Shown here: piece after piece, positions 1-9,314 of the stretch
Layout of the letters: the number at the start of each line of letters is the position of its first letter
Position numbering within the stretch: the first letter of the stretch is position 1
Origin: Verrucomicrobiia bacterium
GTDB lineage: Bacteria; Omnitrophota; Omnitrophia; Omnitrophales; Aquincolibacteriaceae
Direction of reading: 5' to 3'
Assembly (NCBI GenBank): GCA_035495615.1
Contig: DATJFP010000041.1
Location: 857-64,856, forward strand
Length of the DNA stretch: 64,000 nucleotides
The notes under the pieces: model-generated
The model's database searches: none
Told to the model about the DNA's origin: nothing
The model's input: the letters and a program-made list of their open reading frames with translations, nothing else
Program-made: the position numbers and the translations under genes

Positions 1-182
1 ATCTCCGTAGGGATCTGAAACCTTTTTCACCGTTTAGGGGAAAAGCACTCTGTCTAATTGTGGTGAAAGGGTAACATGGGAGAAAGTGGATTTCAAGGGA
101 GTTAATAATATTTTTTAATAAGTTATAACTAATTAATTTTATTGAAGTTACACTTTTTAAATATATTAAAATAAGTATTTTG

Positions 183-695
183 CTAATGAAGGAGGTTGGA
201 TTCGAAGACAAGATCGTTTAAAGCTACGCCGATGGCCGATTCAGAGATGGGATAAAGCGTGACCTGATTGGTGCGGTTGAGCGCGGCTGCAATGCCGGAA
301 ACAAACCCATTTTCGAAAGCAAGAAACTCAACTCCTTGGACATCATCCGCTTTTTTTTGCAAAAGAGATTTAAACTGTTTCAATTCTGCTTCGGTCGTCT
401 TCAGAAAAATGAGGCGGCCGCGGCGCATTTTTTTTGTGACATTCTGGGCTTTGAGAATGCTCACATACCCGCAATCGATCCAAAGGAGCGGTTCCCCCCT
501 ATCCCCCGTCACGACAAGATCGGGTTTGTAATGCATGCCTACGTCCACTTCGATTTGCAGCTTGGGATCATAGAACAGAATGTAGGCAAGCATCTTCAAA
601 ACGACATGCTCACGCAACTCGCTGTCCTCTTTGACGAGGATCATCTTTTTATGGAATTTTTTAAATTGGATATCCAGCGTAAATTTTTCAATCAT
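183..695 (-). CDS. yaeQ: YaeQ family protein (PD-(D/E)XK-like fold)
   Basis: 170 aa. Motifs KPDLVV...EPLLWIDCG and LKMLAYILF match the remembered E. coli YaeQ EPDAWL...IDLWIELG and MLRLLAWL blocks; the size also fits. Confidence 0.5.
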   Translation of the reverse strand: MIEKFTLDIQFKKFHKKMILVKEDSELREHVVLKMLAYILFYDPKLQIEVDVGMHYKPDLVVTGDRGEPLLWIDCGYVSILKAQNVTKKMRRGRLIFLKTTEAELKQFKSLLQKKADDVQGVEFLAFENGFVSGIAAALNRTNQVTLYPISESAIGVALNDLVFESNLLH

Positions 696-1002
696 GCCAG
701 GATTTTATAAGAAAGGCGCGGGAAATACGAATATCTTAGAGGATGGGAAATTACAGTAAGAACCGTAGCCCCGCTAGATGTCGTTTTGCCCCCGCACCTG
801 AACAGGGCTACGGTCTTACCATAAGGAAGAACGTCGTCATCCTTGCAAGTCAGATGCCAAATGGAGCCTTCGCTCTTAAAATCATAACACCATAAAAATC
901 AAAGACTTAGAATTTACGAGCTAAGATTTCAGGGGCTTCGGCGACAGAATTGTGCGGGTGGAGACGCTTTTGTTGCCTCGGCGTCGTTCTCAATAATTAT
1001 AT

Positions 1003-1030
1003 TTGACATTGAAAAGGTCGGGCGTATACT
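1003..1030 (+). promoter_or_regulatory. sigma-70 type promoter for csp (TTGACA-16 nt-TATACT)
   Basis: TTGACA at 1003-1008 and TATACT at 1025-1030, about 115 nt upstream of the csp ATG. Long 5' leaders are typical of cold-shock genes. Confidence 0.5.
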
Positions 1031-1070
1031 ACGGAACAAACAAGCTAGGTGTGAAGCTTTAGGGTTATAC

Positions 1071-1102
1071 AACCGCAAGTTTTGATAGCTTGCGGTTTTT
1101 TT
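1071..1102 (+). promoter_or_regulatory. leader hairpin followed by U7 (candidate attenuator) in the csp 5' UTR
   Basis: AACCGCAAG-TTTTGATAG-CTTGCGGTT is a perfect 9-bp stem followed by TTTTTTT. It lies between the promoter and the csp start codon. Confidence 0.4.
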
Positions 1103-1144
1103 ATCGAAGGCTGCCTGTTGTTTCACAAGAAAGGAACATGCAAG

Positions 1145-1348
1145 ATGCCCCAAGGAACTGTTAAGTGGTTCGATAATAAAAAAGGTTATGGTTTTATCAC
1201 GCCTCAGGGAAGCGGCAAAGATGTGTTCGTCCATCACACCGCGATCCAGGGGGATGGATTCAAAACCCTTAACGAAGGTGACTCGGTCGAATTTGAAATC
1301 GTTCCCGGTCCCAAAGGCGACCAGGCCGCTAACGTCGTTAAACGTTAA
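1145..1348 (+). CDS. cspA: cold-shock protein, CspA family
   Basis: [20 protein letters not shown]...VFVHHTAI carries the canonical CSD RNP1/RNP2 motifs. 67 aa. I trimmed the track ORF 1082..1348 to the internal ATG. Confidence 0.9.
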   Translation: MPQGTVKWFDNKKGYGFITPQGSGKDVFVHHTAIQGDGFKTLNEGDSVEFEIVPGPKGDQAANVVKR

Positions 1349-1366
1349 GCCTCAATCGTCCAACGA

Positions 1367-1405
1367 ATCCCCCACTTCGAAAAAACGAGTGGGGGATTTG
1401 TTTTT
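1367..1405 (+). terminator. Rho-independent terminator after csp
   Basis: AATCCCCCACTTCG-AAAAA-CGAGTGGGGGATT stem followed by TTGTTTTT. Confidence 0.7.
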
Positions 1406-1583
1406 ATAAAAATTAAAGCAGAGAGAAGCAAATGTTGTTCACGAAGATTAAACTCCATTATCCGCGCTTTGTAAAAACCATGGCGATTGCCATGGCATGG
1501 GAAACGTCCATGTGTTCCCATGAAAGCGTCGTGGGTTTAAGGAGGTCTTCGGAGATTTAGCAGGCAACAAAATAGGCAACCTT

Positions 1584-1625
1584 AAGCCCACGACTGAGAA
1601 ATCGGTCGTGGGCTTTTTTTTTGAT
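1584..1625 (+). terminator. second Rho-independent terminator
   Basis: AAGCCCACGAC-TGAGAAATCG-GTCGTGGGCTT followed by a T9 run. It lies about 180 nt after the first terminator and immediately upstream of the next RBS. Confidence 0.65.
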
Positions 1626-1656
1626 TTTTTTCACAACAACCCAACAAGGAGGGGTT

Positions 1657-1869
1657 ATGAAACCGCAGTACATAGAAAAACCCAGGAACAGATTTGCGTT
1701 CAAAAGGAACAAGGATCCGGTCAAGTTGACGGCCCTCTTGTACCTGAAGGAAGCCTTACAGGGAGAGCGCTACGAGGAATGCGCCGAGTTTATCGCTACG
1801 GCTCAGGAATTCGGCGCGACTCAGCGGGAAATTCAAAATCTCCTCGAAGATCCGCGGAGGATTCCTTAA
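1657..1869 (+). CDS. small hypothetical protein (70 aa)
   Basis: RBS AAGGAGGGG precedes the ATG at 1657. The product is hydrophilic and helical-looking, and I recognise no family. Confidence 0.4.
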   Translation: MKPQYIEKPRNRFAFKRNKDPVKLTALLYLKEALQGERYEECAEFIATAQEFGATQREIQNLLEDPRRIP

Positions 1870-1911
1870 ATGACGGGAGAAAACGACGGAATGTGTCCGG
1901 AAAAACGAGGG

Positions 1912-2397
1912 TCAGGAGGATATGGGGGGTTTGCCTATCGATTCTTTGGCGATTCTTCTTCGTATCTCTCCTGCCCTCATCCGTCTCTTTTCTTCTTCGG
2001 TTTCGGCGATGAGGCGGGGAACCTCTTTGGGTTTACCCGTCACAGGATCCAGATTGACCATCGTAAAGTAACAGGAATTCGTGTGCCGCTTGCGGCCCGT
2101 CTTCAAATTCTCAGCGACGATTTTGATGCCGATTTCCATCGAGCTTCTCCCGACGTAATTCACGGAAGCCAGAAAAGTCACGAGCTCGCCAATGAGGATA
2201 GGTTCGTGGAAATCCACGCGGTCGACGGATACCGTCACGCAATTCGGGTCCGAATGCCGGGACGCGCAGACATACGCCACGCTGTCCGCAATCGATAAGA
2301 TCGTCCCGCCATAAATCGTGCCGCCGAGATTGGCGTGCTGCGGCATCATCAGCTGGTTCATTTCGGTTTTGGAATCACTTACTTTTTTTGCGGTCAC
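1912..2397 (-). CDS. acyl-CoA thioesterase, hotdog fold (YciA/4HBT-like)
   Basis: ANLGGTIYGGTILSIADSVAYVCASRH...VTVSVDRVDFHEPILIGELV is the typical hotdog thioesterase core. The 3' end overlaps the next gene by 23 nt. Confidence 0.8.
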   Translation of the reverse strand: MTAKKVSDSKTEMNQLMMPQHANLGGTIYGGTILSIADSVAYVCASRHSDPNCVTVSVDRVDFHEPILIGELVTFLASVNYVGRSSMEIGIKIVAENLKTGRKRHTNSCYFTMVNLDPVTGKPKEVPRLIAETEEEKRRMRAGEIRRRIAKESIGKPPISS

Positions 2398-2758
2398 TTT
2401 TCTTTCTCCGCTTTTCTTTTTTGTTCTTTACGGAAGATTTGGGCAATGCCTCCCCGACAACAAGCCTTTCCTTGAATTTCTTGGAATAAGCTTTCACTTC
2501 GCATTCGCGGACAAGGGCCCGGGCACGTCCGCCACAAGGTTCCTGATAAAGAAGCTCGACGGGAAGGCGCGTCCGCGTGTAGCGCGAGGCTTTTCCTTTC
2601 TGATGCATCTGAAGACGGCGGTCCATGTTTTTGGTCACTCCCGTGTAGAGAGAGCCGTCGTTGCAGCGCAGGATGTACAGCGTCCAGGGATCCTCCGCCA
2701 CGGTACCCCGGTCTTTTTCCAGCATCTTATAGATCATCTTCTTATAGGTAGAATGCAT
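2375..2758 (-). CDS. GIY-YIG nuclease superfamily protein (UPF0213/YhbQ-like) with a lysine-rich tail
   Basis: WTLYILRCNDGSLYTGVTKNMDRRLQMHQKG is a GIY...YIG signature. The C-terminus is a KKEKRRKKSDRKKSK basic tail. Confidence 0.75.
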   Translation of the reverse strand: MHSTYKKMIYKMLEKDRGTVAEDPWTLYILRCNDGSLYTGVTKNMDRRLQMHQKGKASRYTRTRLPVELLYQEPCGGRARALVRECEVKAYSKKFKERLVVGEALPKSSVKNKKEKRRKKSDRKKSK

Positions 2759-2805
2759 ACGGTTCTTTTATCGGATTTATCCGGACAAATTTGATGCACG
2801 GAAAA

Positions 2806-4344
2806 CTACGCGCGTGCTTTGTGGGGGGCCGCGCCGGCGCCCAGGAGCACATCCAAAGCTGCCGCAATTTGGGCGTGCCGGAATCCAAAAGCGTGGGCAT
2901 ACAGAATTCCGGAACCGAGAAATTCATGGTCATAGGGATTTCGGAGGAAAAGGACTTCCAACCCCCGGACCTTGGCCTGGAGGCTTTCGAGGAGCCGGCG
3001 ATTGCCCGGGAAAAGATGCGCGTCAAAACAAAAGAAAAGTACGCGTCCGCCTGAAACTTTTTCGAGACATTCCCGGACCTGGCCTTCATCGGGATCCAAA
3101 GGAAGTAAAACCGTCGTTTTAGGCATGATGCCGTGTCTTGCGAGGAGTTCCGCCACGCATTTTGCATCGTTCTCTAGTTCAGGTTCGAGTGCAAACTTGA
3201 CGCCGATCTCGGAAAGCCGGGGAAAGATTACCGTGACTTCTCGTGCATTCTCTTCCCTGCTCCTGGACGGCGGATTTCCCTTGGCGACCCCTTCACGGGC
3301 GATTTTTTCAGCCAGGGTTTTTCCGTCTTTTTCGGGCAAGGGAATTCCCTGTAAAAAACGCTCGGGCCGGAGTTTTTTAAGCGCTTCTATTCTTGCGGCG
3401 CTTTTTTCCAGCTCCTCGGAATCCAGCCTGCCGTCTTCATAAGCTTTTTTGAGCTCATGAAATGCCTCGCGCTGATCTTTGGCGCTGGAACAAATGAGAA
3501 TCACGTCATGGCCGGCCGCGGCCGTCTGCACTGCGGCTTCCGCCACGCTGCCGCGTTGGCGAAGCGCGCCCATCTCGAGGTCATCGCTCAATATCAAACC
3601 CCGATAACCGAGTTCCTTCCTTAAATAATCGTGGATGATTTTTCTGGAAAAGGTAGCTGGAATGTTTTGCGGGTCGAGATTGGGATACACGGGATGCGAG
3701 GACATTACCGAATGGACTCCGGCCTGAAACGCCGCGAGGAAGGGCTTCAGATGGATTTTTTTCATTTCCTCCCACGTCGTCGGCAGAACGGGAAGGCCCA
3801 GATGCGCGTCCAGCGGCGACTGCCCTTGTCCCGGAAAATGCTTTGCGCATGCGGAGACCCCGGCTTCCTGCATTGCGGCAATGCGGGCGGCGCCGAGGCG
3901 CGCTGTAAGGTCCGGATTCCGTCCGTAAGAACGGATGCCGATGTTCGGGCTGTGAACTTCCGTCAGAACGTCGAGAGTTGGGGCAAGATTCAGGTCAATT
4001 CCCAGGCGCCGGAGTTCCAAAGCCTCGATGCGCCCCTGTTCCCGCACGTACTTTTCGCGGCCCGCATAGCCGGCCGCCAGATTATCGGGAAAAAAGGTAA
4101 TGCCTTCCTTCAAATGGATGACGCGCCCGCCCTCATGGTCCACAGCGATGAGAAGCTTCCGCTGCAAGGCGCCTTCGAGCGAAGCAAGAAAAGTGCGAAG
4201 CTGCTCCGTGGAATGGAAATTCCTGCGGAAAAGGATCAAACCTCCCGCGAAGGTTTCGCGGAAAAGGGCGACAAGCTCGGGCGTCACCTCCTGCCCGGCA
4301 ACGCCGATCATCAAAGTCTGGCCGATACGTTCTTCCAGTTTCAT
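2806..4344 (-). CDS. nagZ: beta-N-acetylhexosaminidase NagZ (GH3) with a C-terminal domain
   Basis: LMIGVAG...LIAVDHEGGRV...KHFPGQGQSPLDAHLGLP...ILSDDLEMGA are GH3 NagZ motifs. 512 aa, the long form as in Bacillus YbbD. Confidence 0.85.
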   Translation of the reverse strand: MKLEERIGQTLMIGVAGQEVTPELVALFRETFAGGLILFRRNFHSTEQLRTFLASLEGALQRKLLIAVDHEGGRVIHLKEGITFFPDNLAAGYAGREKYVREQGRIEALELRRLGIDLNLAPTLDVLTEVHSPNIGIRSYGRNPDLTARLGAARIAAMQEAGVSACAKHFPGQGQSPLDAHLGLPVLPTTWEEMKKIHLKPFLAAFQAGVHSVMSSHPVYPNLDPQNIPATFSRKIIHDYLRKELGYRGLILSDDLEMGALRQRGSVAEAAVQTAAAGHDVILICSSAKDQREAFHELKKAYEDGRLDSEELEKSAARIEALKKLRPERFLQGIPLPEKDGKTLAEKIAREGVAKGNPPSRSREENAREVTVIFPRLSEIGVKFALEPELENDAKCVAELLARHGIMPKTTVLLPLDPDEGQVRECLEKVSGGRVLFFCFDAHLFPGNRRLLESLQAKVRGLEVLFLRNPYDHEFLGSGILYAHAFGFRHAQIAAALDVLLGAGAAPHKARA

Positions 4345-4494
4345 CGCGGCGATTTTATCACAATTGCCGCGGGCATCCTATCTCCCGGTCCCGGATCGGA
4401 CCGGGACTGAGAAAACCGTTTCGGCGTAAAGCCGGAATCGCTGCCGGTCCCCGTTGTCACGGCGGCTCCTAATATGTTATGCTCCCTCACTTCT

Positions 4495-5391
4495 ATGAAA
4501 AAAATCGACTACGCCAAATTGCTGACCGAGCAGCGCAACCCGCGCACGCGGAACCTGGACCGGCTCGACACCGCAGGAATTCTCCGGCTCATGCACCATG
4601 AAGACATGAGCGTTCCACGCGCGGTGTGGAAAGTGCGCAAGCAGGTCGCGCGCGGGGTGGACATGGTCGTGGCGGCCGTACGGGCCAAAGGCCGCGTTTT
4701 CTTCGCCGGCGCCGGCACGAGCGGAAGGCTCGGAGTGCTCGAGGCGGCTGAATGCCCGCCGACGTTCAACACGCCGCCGGGTCTCTTCCAGGCCGTCATC
4801 GCGGGCGGTAAAAAGGCCGTGTTCCGTTCCCAGGAAGGCGCGGAAGACCGCGAACAGGAAGCCTTCCGCATTTTTTCCAAAAAACTGCGCCGGGGAGATC
4901 TTGTCATCGGCATTGCGGCCAGCGGCGTCACGCCTTTCGTGCGCGGGGCCCTGCGAGCCGCGCGCAAAAAGCAGAACAAGACGATTCTCGTCTCCTGCAA
5001 CAAGAAAACACTTCCCCGCGAACTTGTCGACTGCCTCATCGTTCCGGAAACCGGCCCTGAAGTCATTTCCGGATCCACGCGCCTCAAAGCGGGAACGGCG
5101 ACGAAACTTGTCTTGAACATGCTCACCGCAGCCTCGATGGTCCGCCTCGGAAAAGTCTATGAAAACTGGATGGTCGACCTCCAGCCCAAGTCCAAAAAGC
5201 TGCGCAGCCGCGCCCTCCGGATCATCCAGCATCTCGGCGAAGTCTCGCCGCGCGAGGCCGAAAACTGCCTCGCCGAGTCGCGCAGGAATGTAAAAGTGGC
5301 GATTCTCATGGCGAAGAAAGGCTGGGATTACGAACAGGCCCGTTCCCGTCTGAAAGAAACCGCGGGCTTTCTCGGCAAGGCCCTGTCCTGA
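4495..5391 (+). CDS. murQ: N-acetylmuramic acid 6-phosphate etherase MurQ
   Basis: TEQRNPRTRNLDRLDTAGILRLMHHED...FFAGAGTSGRLGVLEAAECPPTF shows SIS domain and MurQ signatures. The start is set at MKKID by N-terminal alignment logic; track ORF is 4474..5391. Confidence 0.85.
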   Translation: MKKIDYAKLLTEQRNPRTRNLDRLDTAGILRLMHHEDMSVPRAVWKVRKQVARGVDMVVAAVRAKGRVFFAGAGTSGRLGVLEAAECPPTFNTPPGLFQAVIAGGKKAVFRSQEGAEDREQEAFRIFSKKLRRGDLVIGIAASGVTPFVRGALRAARKKQNKTILVSCNKKTLPRELVDCLIVPETGPEVISGSTRLKAGTATKLVLNMLTAASMVRLGKVYENWMVDLQPKSKKLRSRALRIIQHLGEVSPREAENCLAESRRNVKVAILMAKKGWDYEQARSRLKETAGFLGKALS

Positions 5392-6497
5392 TGGGGAAAC
5401 TCGCGCTGGGGCTCATGTCCGGCACCTCCGCAGACGGAGTTTCTGTCGCGGCCGGAAGCTTTGGCGGCGATTTCAAAATTTACGGGTACGAAACCTACGA
5501 TTTTCCTCCCGCTCTCGCGCTTCAAATCAAGCGAGCCCGTTCGCTTAAGATTGACGAGTTCTCGCGGCTGAACGTTTCCCTCGGAAAATTCTTCGGGCGG
5601 TGCGCGCTTTCTTTCATCACGAAAAACAAATTAAGCCGTTCACGGATCGCGGTCATCGGCTCTCACGGACAAACCCTCTACCATGGACCCGCGGACAATC
5701 CCCCTAACACCCTGCAGGCCGGCGAACCGAGCGAAATCGCGGAGATCACCGGCCTTCCCGTGGTCGCGGACTTCCGGCCCCGTGACATCGCGGCAGGCGG
5801 CGAGGGAGCCCCGCTCATTCCTTTCTTCGACCAGTTCTTTTTCGGCAAGGGGCGGCCACGCGCCTTGCAAAACATTGGCGGAATCGGAAACGTTTCGCTT
5901 GTCGGGAAACCGGTACGGCCGCTGGCCTTTGATACGGGGCCGGGCAATTGCCTGATGGATTTGGCAGCCGCAAGATTTTCGCGCGGGAAGAGTTCCTGCG
6001 ATCGAAACGGCATTCTCGCTTCACGCGGGAAAGTGGATTTCAAAGCCGTGAACGAAATGATGCGCCATCCTTTCTTCCGCCGGAAGCCTCCCAAATCCAC
6101 GGGACTGGAACTTTTCAATGAACGTTTCGTCCCCGCGCGCCTGTGGCGCCAGGAGAGAGAAGACTGCCTGGCGACGCTGACGTATTTCACGGCGCATGCG
6201 ATCCGCCAAAGCTATGAGGCATTTCTTCCCCGCGGCGTCGCGGAAGTCATCGTGAGCGGCGGCGGCGCTTTCAACAAGACGCTGATGAAATTTCTCCGAC
6301 AACTCCTCGCGCCCGTACCCGTCCGGTCCATCGCCGACTACGGCATGCACCCGCAGGCCAAAGAACCTCTGGCATTTGCTTTTTTTGCGTGGGAAGCGAT
6401 CCACGGCAGAATCAATCATTTTCCCGCAGGGACGGGAGCTCAAAAAACGCGCGTGCTGGGAAAAATCATTCCGGGAGGACGTGGTGCATCTCATTGA
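5391..6497 (+). CDS. anmK: anhydro-N-acetylmuramic acid kinase AnmK
   Basis: MGKLALGLMSGTSADGVS...IGSHGQTLYH are AnmK N-terminal and ATPase motifs. The ATG overlaps the murQ stop in TGATG, indicating translational coupling. Confidence 0.9.
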   Translation: MGKLALGLMSGTSADGVSVAAGSFGGDFKIYGYETYDFPPALALQIKRARSLKIDEFSRLNVSLGKFFGRCALSFITKNKLSRSRIAVIGSHGQTLYHGPADNPPNTLQAGEPSEIAEITGLPVVADFRPRDIAAGGEGAPLIPFFDQFFFGKGRPRALQNIGGIGNVSLVGKPVRPLAFDTGPGNCLMDLAAARFSRGKSSCDRNGILASRGKVDFKAVNEMMRHPFFRRKPPKSTGLELFNERFVPARLWRQEREDCLATLTYFTAHAIRQSYEAFLPRGVAEVIVSGGGAFNKTLMKFLRQLLAPVPVRSIADYGMHPQAKEPLAFAFFAWEAIHGRINHFPAGTGAQKTRVLGKIIPGGRGASH

Positions 6498-8187
6498 TTG
6501 GCTTGTCATCCTCGTTTATACCGTCATTACTCTGGGGCTGGGCTTTCTTCTAACCCGAAAAGCTTCCAAGGGCATTGAGTCTTATTTTGCTTCGGACCGC
6601 AAACTCGCATGGTGGCTGGCGGGAACCTCCATGGCAGCCACGGCATTTTCTTCGGATACTCCCCTTCTTGTCACGGGTATCGTGAGAAGAAAAGGCATCT
6701 GGGGCAACTGGGAAATATGGGCGCTGGCGATCAGCACCATGTTTTCCGTTTTCTTCTTTTCGCGGCTGTGGAAACGCGCTGGCGTCCTGACCGAAGTCGA
6801 GCTCGTGGAATTACGCTACAGCGGCAAGCCCGCGGCTTTTCTGCGCGGCTTCAAGGCGATTTACTGGGGCATGATTTACAACGCCTTCATCATGGGGGCC
6901 TGGCCCATGACCGGACTCGTCAAAGTGATGCAGGAGACGACGGACTGGTCCAAAGTCACTTCGATCATTTTTTGCATGGCCATCACCATGATCTATTGCC
7001 ATTTTTCCGGCTACTGGGGCGTGGTGGTTACGGACTTTTTTCAGTACATCACGGCCATGGCGGGCGCCATTCTGCTGGCTTTCTATGCGGTCCACGCGGC
7101 CGGCGGCATGCAGGCCATGCTTCATCAATTGAGCCCGGAAAAGCTTATGATCATCCCGCCGGCTTCGGGACATGCGCCTCTAGAATACCTGCAGTCCCCT
7201 TTCGGATGGTTTCTCGCTCTTCTTACGATCCAGTGGTGGGCCTGGAAAAATACGGACGGCGGCGGCATCCTGGTCCAGAGAATCGCCTCCTGCAAAAACG
7301 AGCGCCATGCGGTGCTGGCCACGCTGTGGTTCAACATCGCGCAGTATGCGCTGCGGTCCTGGCCCTGGATCATTACCGCGCTTGCCTCGCTCGTCCTTAT
7401 CCCGGACCTGGCGGACCATGAGCGCGCTTATCCCCGCTTGATCGCCATGCTGCTTCCCACGGGCCTGAAAGGCATGATGATCGCTTCATTCTTTGCCGCC
7501 TTCATGTCGACCATGAGCACGCATCTGAACTGGGGGGCTTCCTATTTCGTGAATGATTTTTACAAGCGTTTCATACGTCCCGAAGCCTCGGAGAAACATC
7601 TGGTGACCGTCGCGCGCCTGGCCCAGATATTTCTCGCCTGCGCGGCCATGGGCGTGGCTTTTTTTACAAGCAGCATTTCCGGCGTTTTCACGTTTGTCCT
7701 GAACCTGAGCGCGGCCATCGGCCCGGTTTATCTTCTGCGGTGGTTTTGGTGGCGGACCAATGCCTGGAGCGAAGTCCTGGCGCTGGCTTCAAGCCTTCCG
7801 GTGATTTTGCTGCGGCCGCACTTTTTCCACGCGCTCGGAGTTCCGGAAAATCTGGCCTTTGATCTCCTCTTCATGATCCTGGGCAGCGCGGCGGTCTGGC
7901 TGCCGGTGACTTTGATGACGGCGCCCGCCCCTGACGATCAGCTGCGGCTCTTTTACGCAAAAGTCCGTCCCCCCGGGTTCTGGTCCCGATTTGCGCAGGA
8001 AACGGAAGCCGCGAGCGAATGGACTGAAGCTCTCAAAGTTTGGGGGATTTCGACGGCCGCGATCCTGCTCGTCACGATCGGGCCCTTGAAGCTGCTGCTC
8101 GGTCAAATACTGAGCGGCGCGCTTTTGACGGGATCCGCCGTAATCTTGTGGATCTACGTCGGAACCAAACTGCAGGAAAAGAAATAA
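6481..8187 (+). CDS. sodium:solute symporter family (SSF) transporter
   Basis: About 13 predicted TM helices and typical SSF composition. GTG start after a GGAGGA RBS. The 5' end of the track ORF (6376-6480) overlaps anmK and was trimmed. Confidence 0.75.
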   Translation: MVHLIDWLVILVYTVITLGLGFLLTRKASKGIESYFASDRKLAWWLAGTSMAATAFSSDTPLLVTGIVRRKGIWGNWEIWALAISTMFSVFFFSRLWKRAGVLTEVELVELRYSGKPAAFLRGFKAIYWGMIYNAFIMGAWPMTGLVKVMQETTDWSKVTSIIFCMAITMIYCHFSGYWGVVVTDFFQYITAMAGAILLAFYAVHAAGGMQAMLHQLSPEKLMIIPPASGHAPLEYLQSPFGWFLALLTIQWWAWKNTDGGGILVQRIASCKNERHAVLATLWFNIAQYALRSWPWIITALASLVLIPDLADHERAYPRLIAMLLPTGLKGMMIASFFAAFMSTMSTHLNWGASYFVNDFYKRFIRPEASEKHLVTVARLAQIFLACAAMGVAFFTSSISGVFTFVLNLSAAIGPVYLLRWFWWRTNAWSEVLALASSLPVILLRPHFFHALGVPENLAFDLLFMILGSAAVWLPVTLMTAPAPDDQLRLFYAKVRPPGFWSRFAQETEAASEWTEALKVWGISTAAILLVTIGPLKLLLGQILSGALLTGSAVILWIYVGTKLQEKK

Positions 8188-8475
8188 TTACAAATACCCT
8201 CTTAGGATCCGCCACGCGTTTTGCCGTAAAGCCATAAGATCGGAACGCAGGTCCGGCTGTTCACCTGCGATCAAATCTTCAAAATCCTTTTGCGGAAGAT
8301 CGAGCGACGCGACCGCGGCCATGGTGCGCCGGTCCGTTTCCGAACGAAGCGTTCCCATGATTTCCCCGGTGCTTCTCCCGTCGACAAAGCGGAGGCGCAC
8401 GAATTCGGCGATCCTGTTAAGGGCCCTACGGAACGAAGATCGGTGCTTTTTGGGGTGTCCCTCTTTTTTCTTCAT
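8188..8475 (-). CDS. hypothetical basic protein (95 aa)
   Basis: ORF with plausible codon usage and no recognisable family. It is divergent from the TPR lipoprotein gene. Confidence 0.4.
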   Translation of the reverse strand: MKKKEGHPKKHRSSFRRALNRIAEFVRLRFVDGRSTGEIMGTLRSETDRRTMAAVASLDLPQKDFEDLIAGEQPDLRSDLMALRQNAWRILRGYL

Positions 8476-8714
8476 GATTCCCTCTTTCAGAATTCGAACT
8501 TACTAAAGCTTAATAGAAAGGTACTTCCCCCTTATTGAGGGAACAAGTGCTTCTTACTAGCAACAGATAGCCTGCTATCCTTTGACAATTTTTTGATGAA
8601 ATTGATTCAATTTATTTTTGAATGCTTTTCTTGAATTTCGCCCATTTTGAGGTTAGTTTTGTTAGTACTAATTGTCACCACCTCAAACGAGACGGCTAAT
8701 AAAGGGAATCCTTC

Positions 8715-9311
8715 ATGAAAACGATGCATGCGCGAAACGTCCTCATTCTCATTACCGGGTTACTATTGGCGGGATGCGGCGGCCAGGTAGACCCCGCGGC
8801 ATCGGTGAAAACGCCCAATTCGCTGGAAGCGGCCATGTCGCTTTTAAATCAGGGAAAAACCCTGGAAGCCGTGGGCAACCTTACGGAAATCATCAAAGCG
8901 GATCCGAACAATGCCGAAGCGTTCCGGATGATGGGCGATATCTTTTTCGCGAAAAACGAGATTCAGCGGGCGGAATCGTTCTACATGCGTGCGGTGGAAC
9001 TGAACACGCCGAACGGCGCGGTGTACGACAGCCTCGGGCAGCTCTACATTAAAAAGGGAGACGCGCCGGGCGCGGTGCAGTTTTTTCTCAAGGCCGCCGA
9101 AAAATCTCCGAATCTTCCCGACCCTTACTATCACCTTGGCGTGCTCGCGCTGGCTTCGAAGGAAACCGAGGCCGCCATCAACTTCTTCAAGAAAGCTTTG
9201 GCCGTGGATCCGAACCATCAGCCGACGCTCGTGATGGTGGCGCAATTGGAAGAAGCGGCCAAAAAAGTGGAAGCCGCCGGTGGCCAGCAGCAACAGCCGC
9301 CGCAGCAGTAA
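8715..9311 (+). CDS. TPR-repeat lipoprotein
   Basis: Signal peptide with lipobox LLAGC and several TPR-like 34-mers (AEAFRMMGDIFFAKNE..., YYHLGVLAL...). RBS AAAGGGAA. The C-terminus is Q/P rich. Confidence 0.75.
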   Translation: MKTMHARNVLILITGLLLAGCGGQVDPAASVKTPNSLEAAMSLLNQGKTLEAVGNLTEIIKADPNNAEAFRMMGDIFFAKNEIQRAESFYMRAVELNTPNGAVYDSLGQLYIKKGDAPGAVQFFLKAAEKSPNLPDPYYHLGVLALASKETEAAINFFKKALAVDPNHQPTLVMVAQLEEAAKKVEAAGGQQQQPPQQ

Positions 9312-9314
9312 CCC

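Noticed and set aside
929-1237. 102-aa minus-strand ORF overlapping the csp promoter and csp coding region.
   Set aside because: It overlaps a very confidently called csp gene and its promoter, and it has no RBS or recognisable motifs.
6376-6480. 5' extension of the SSF transporter ORF overlapping anmK.
   Set aside because: It would overlap anmK by ~120 nt in another frame. A GGAGGA RBS with a GTG at 6481/6484 gives a start right at the anmK stop.
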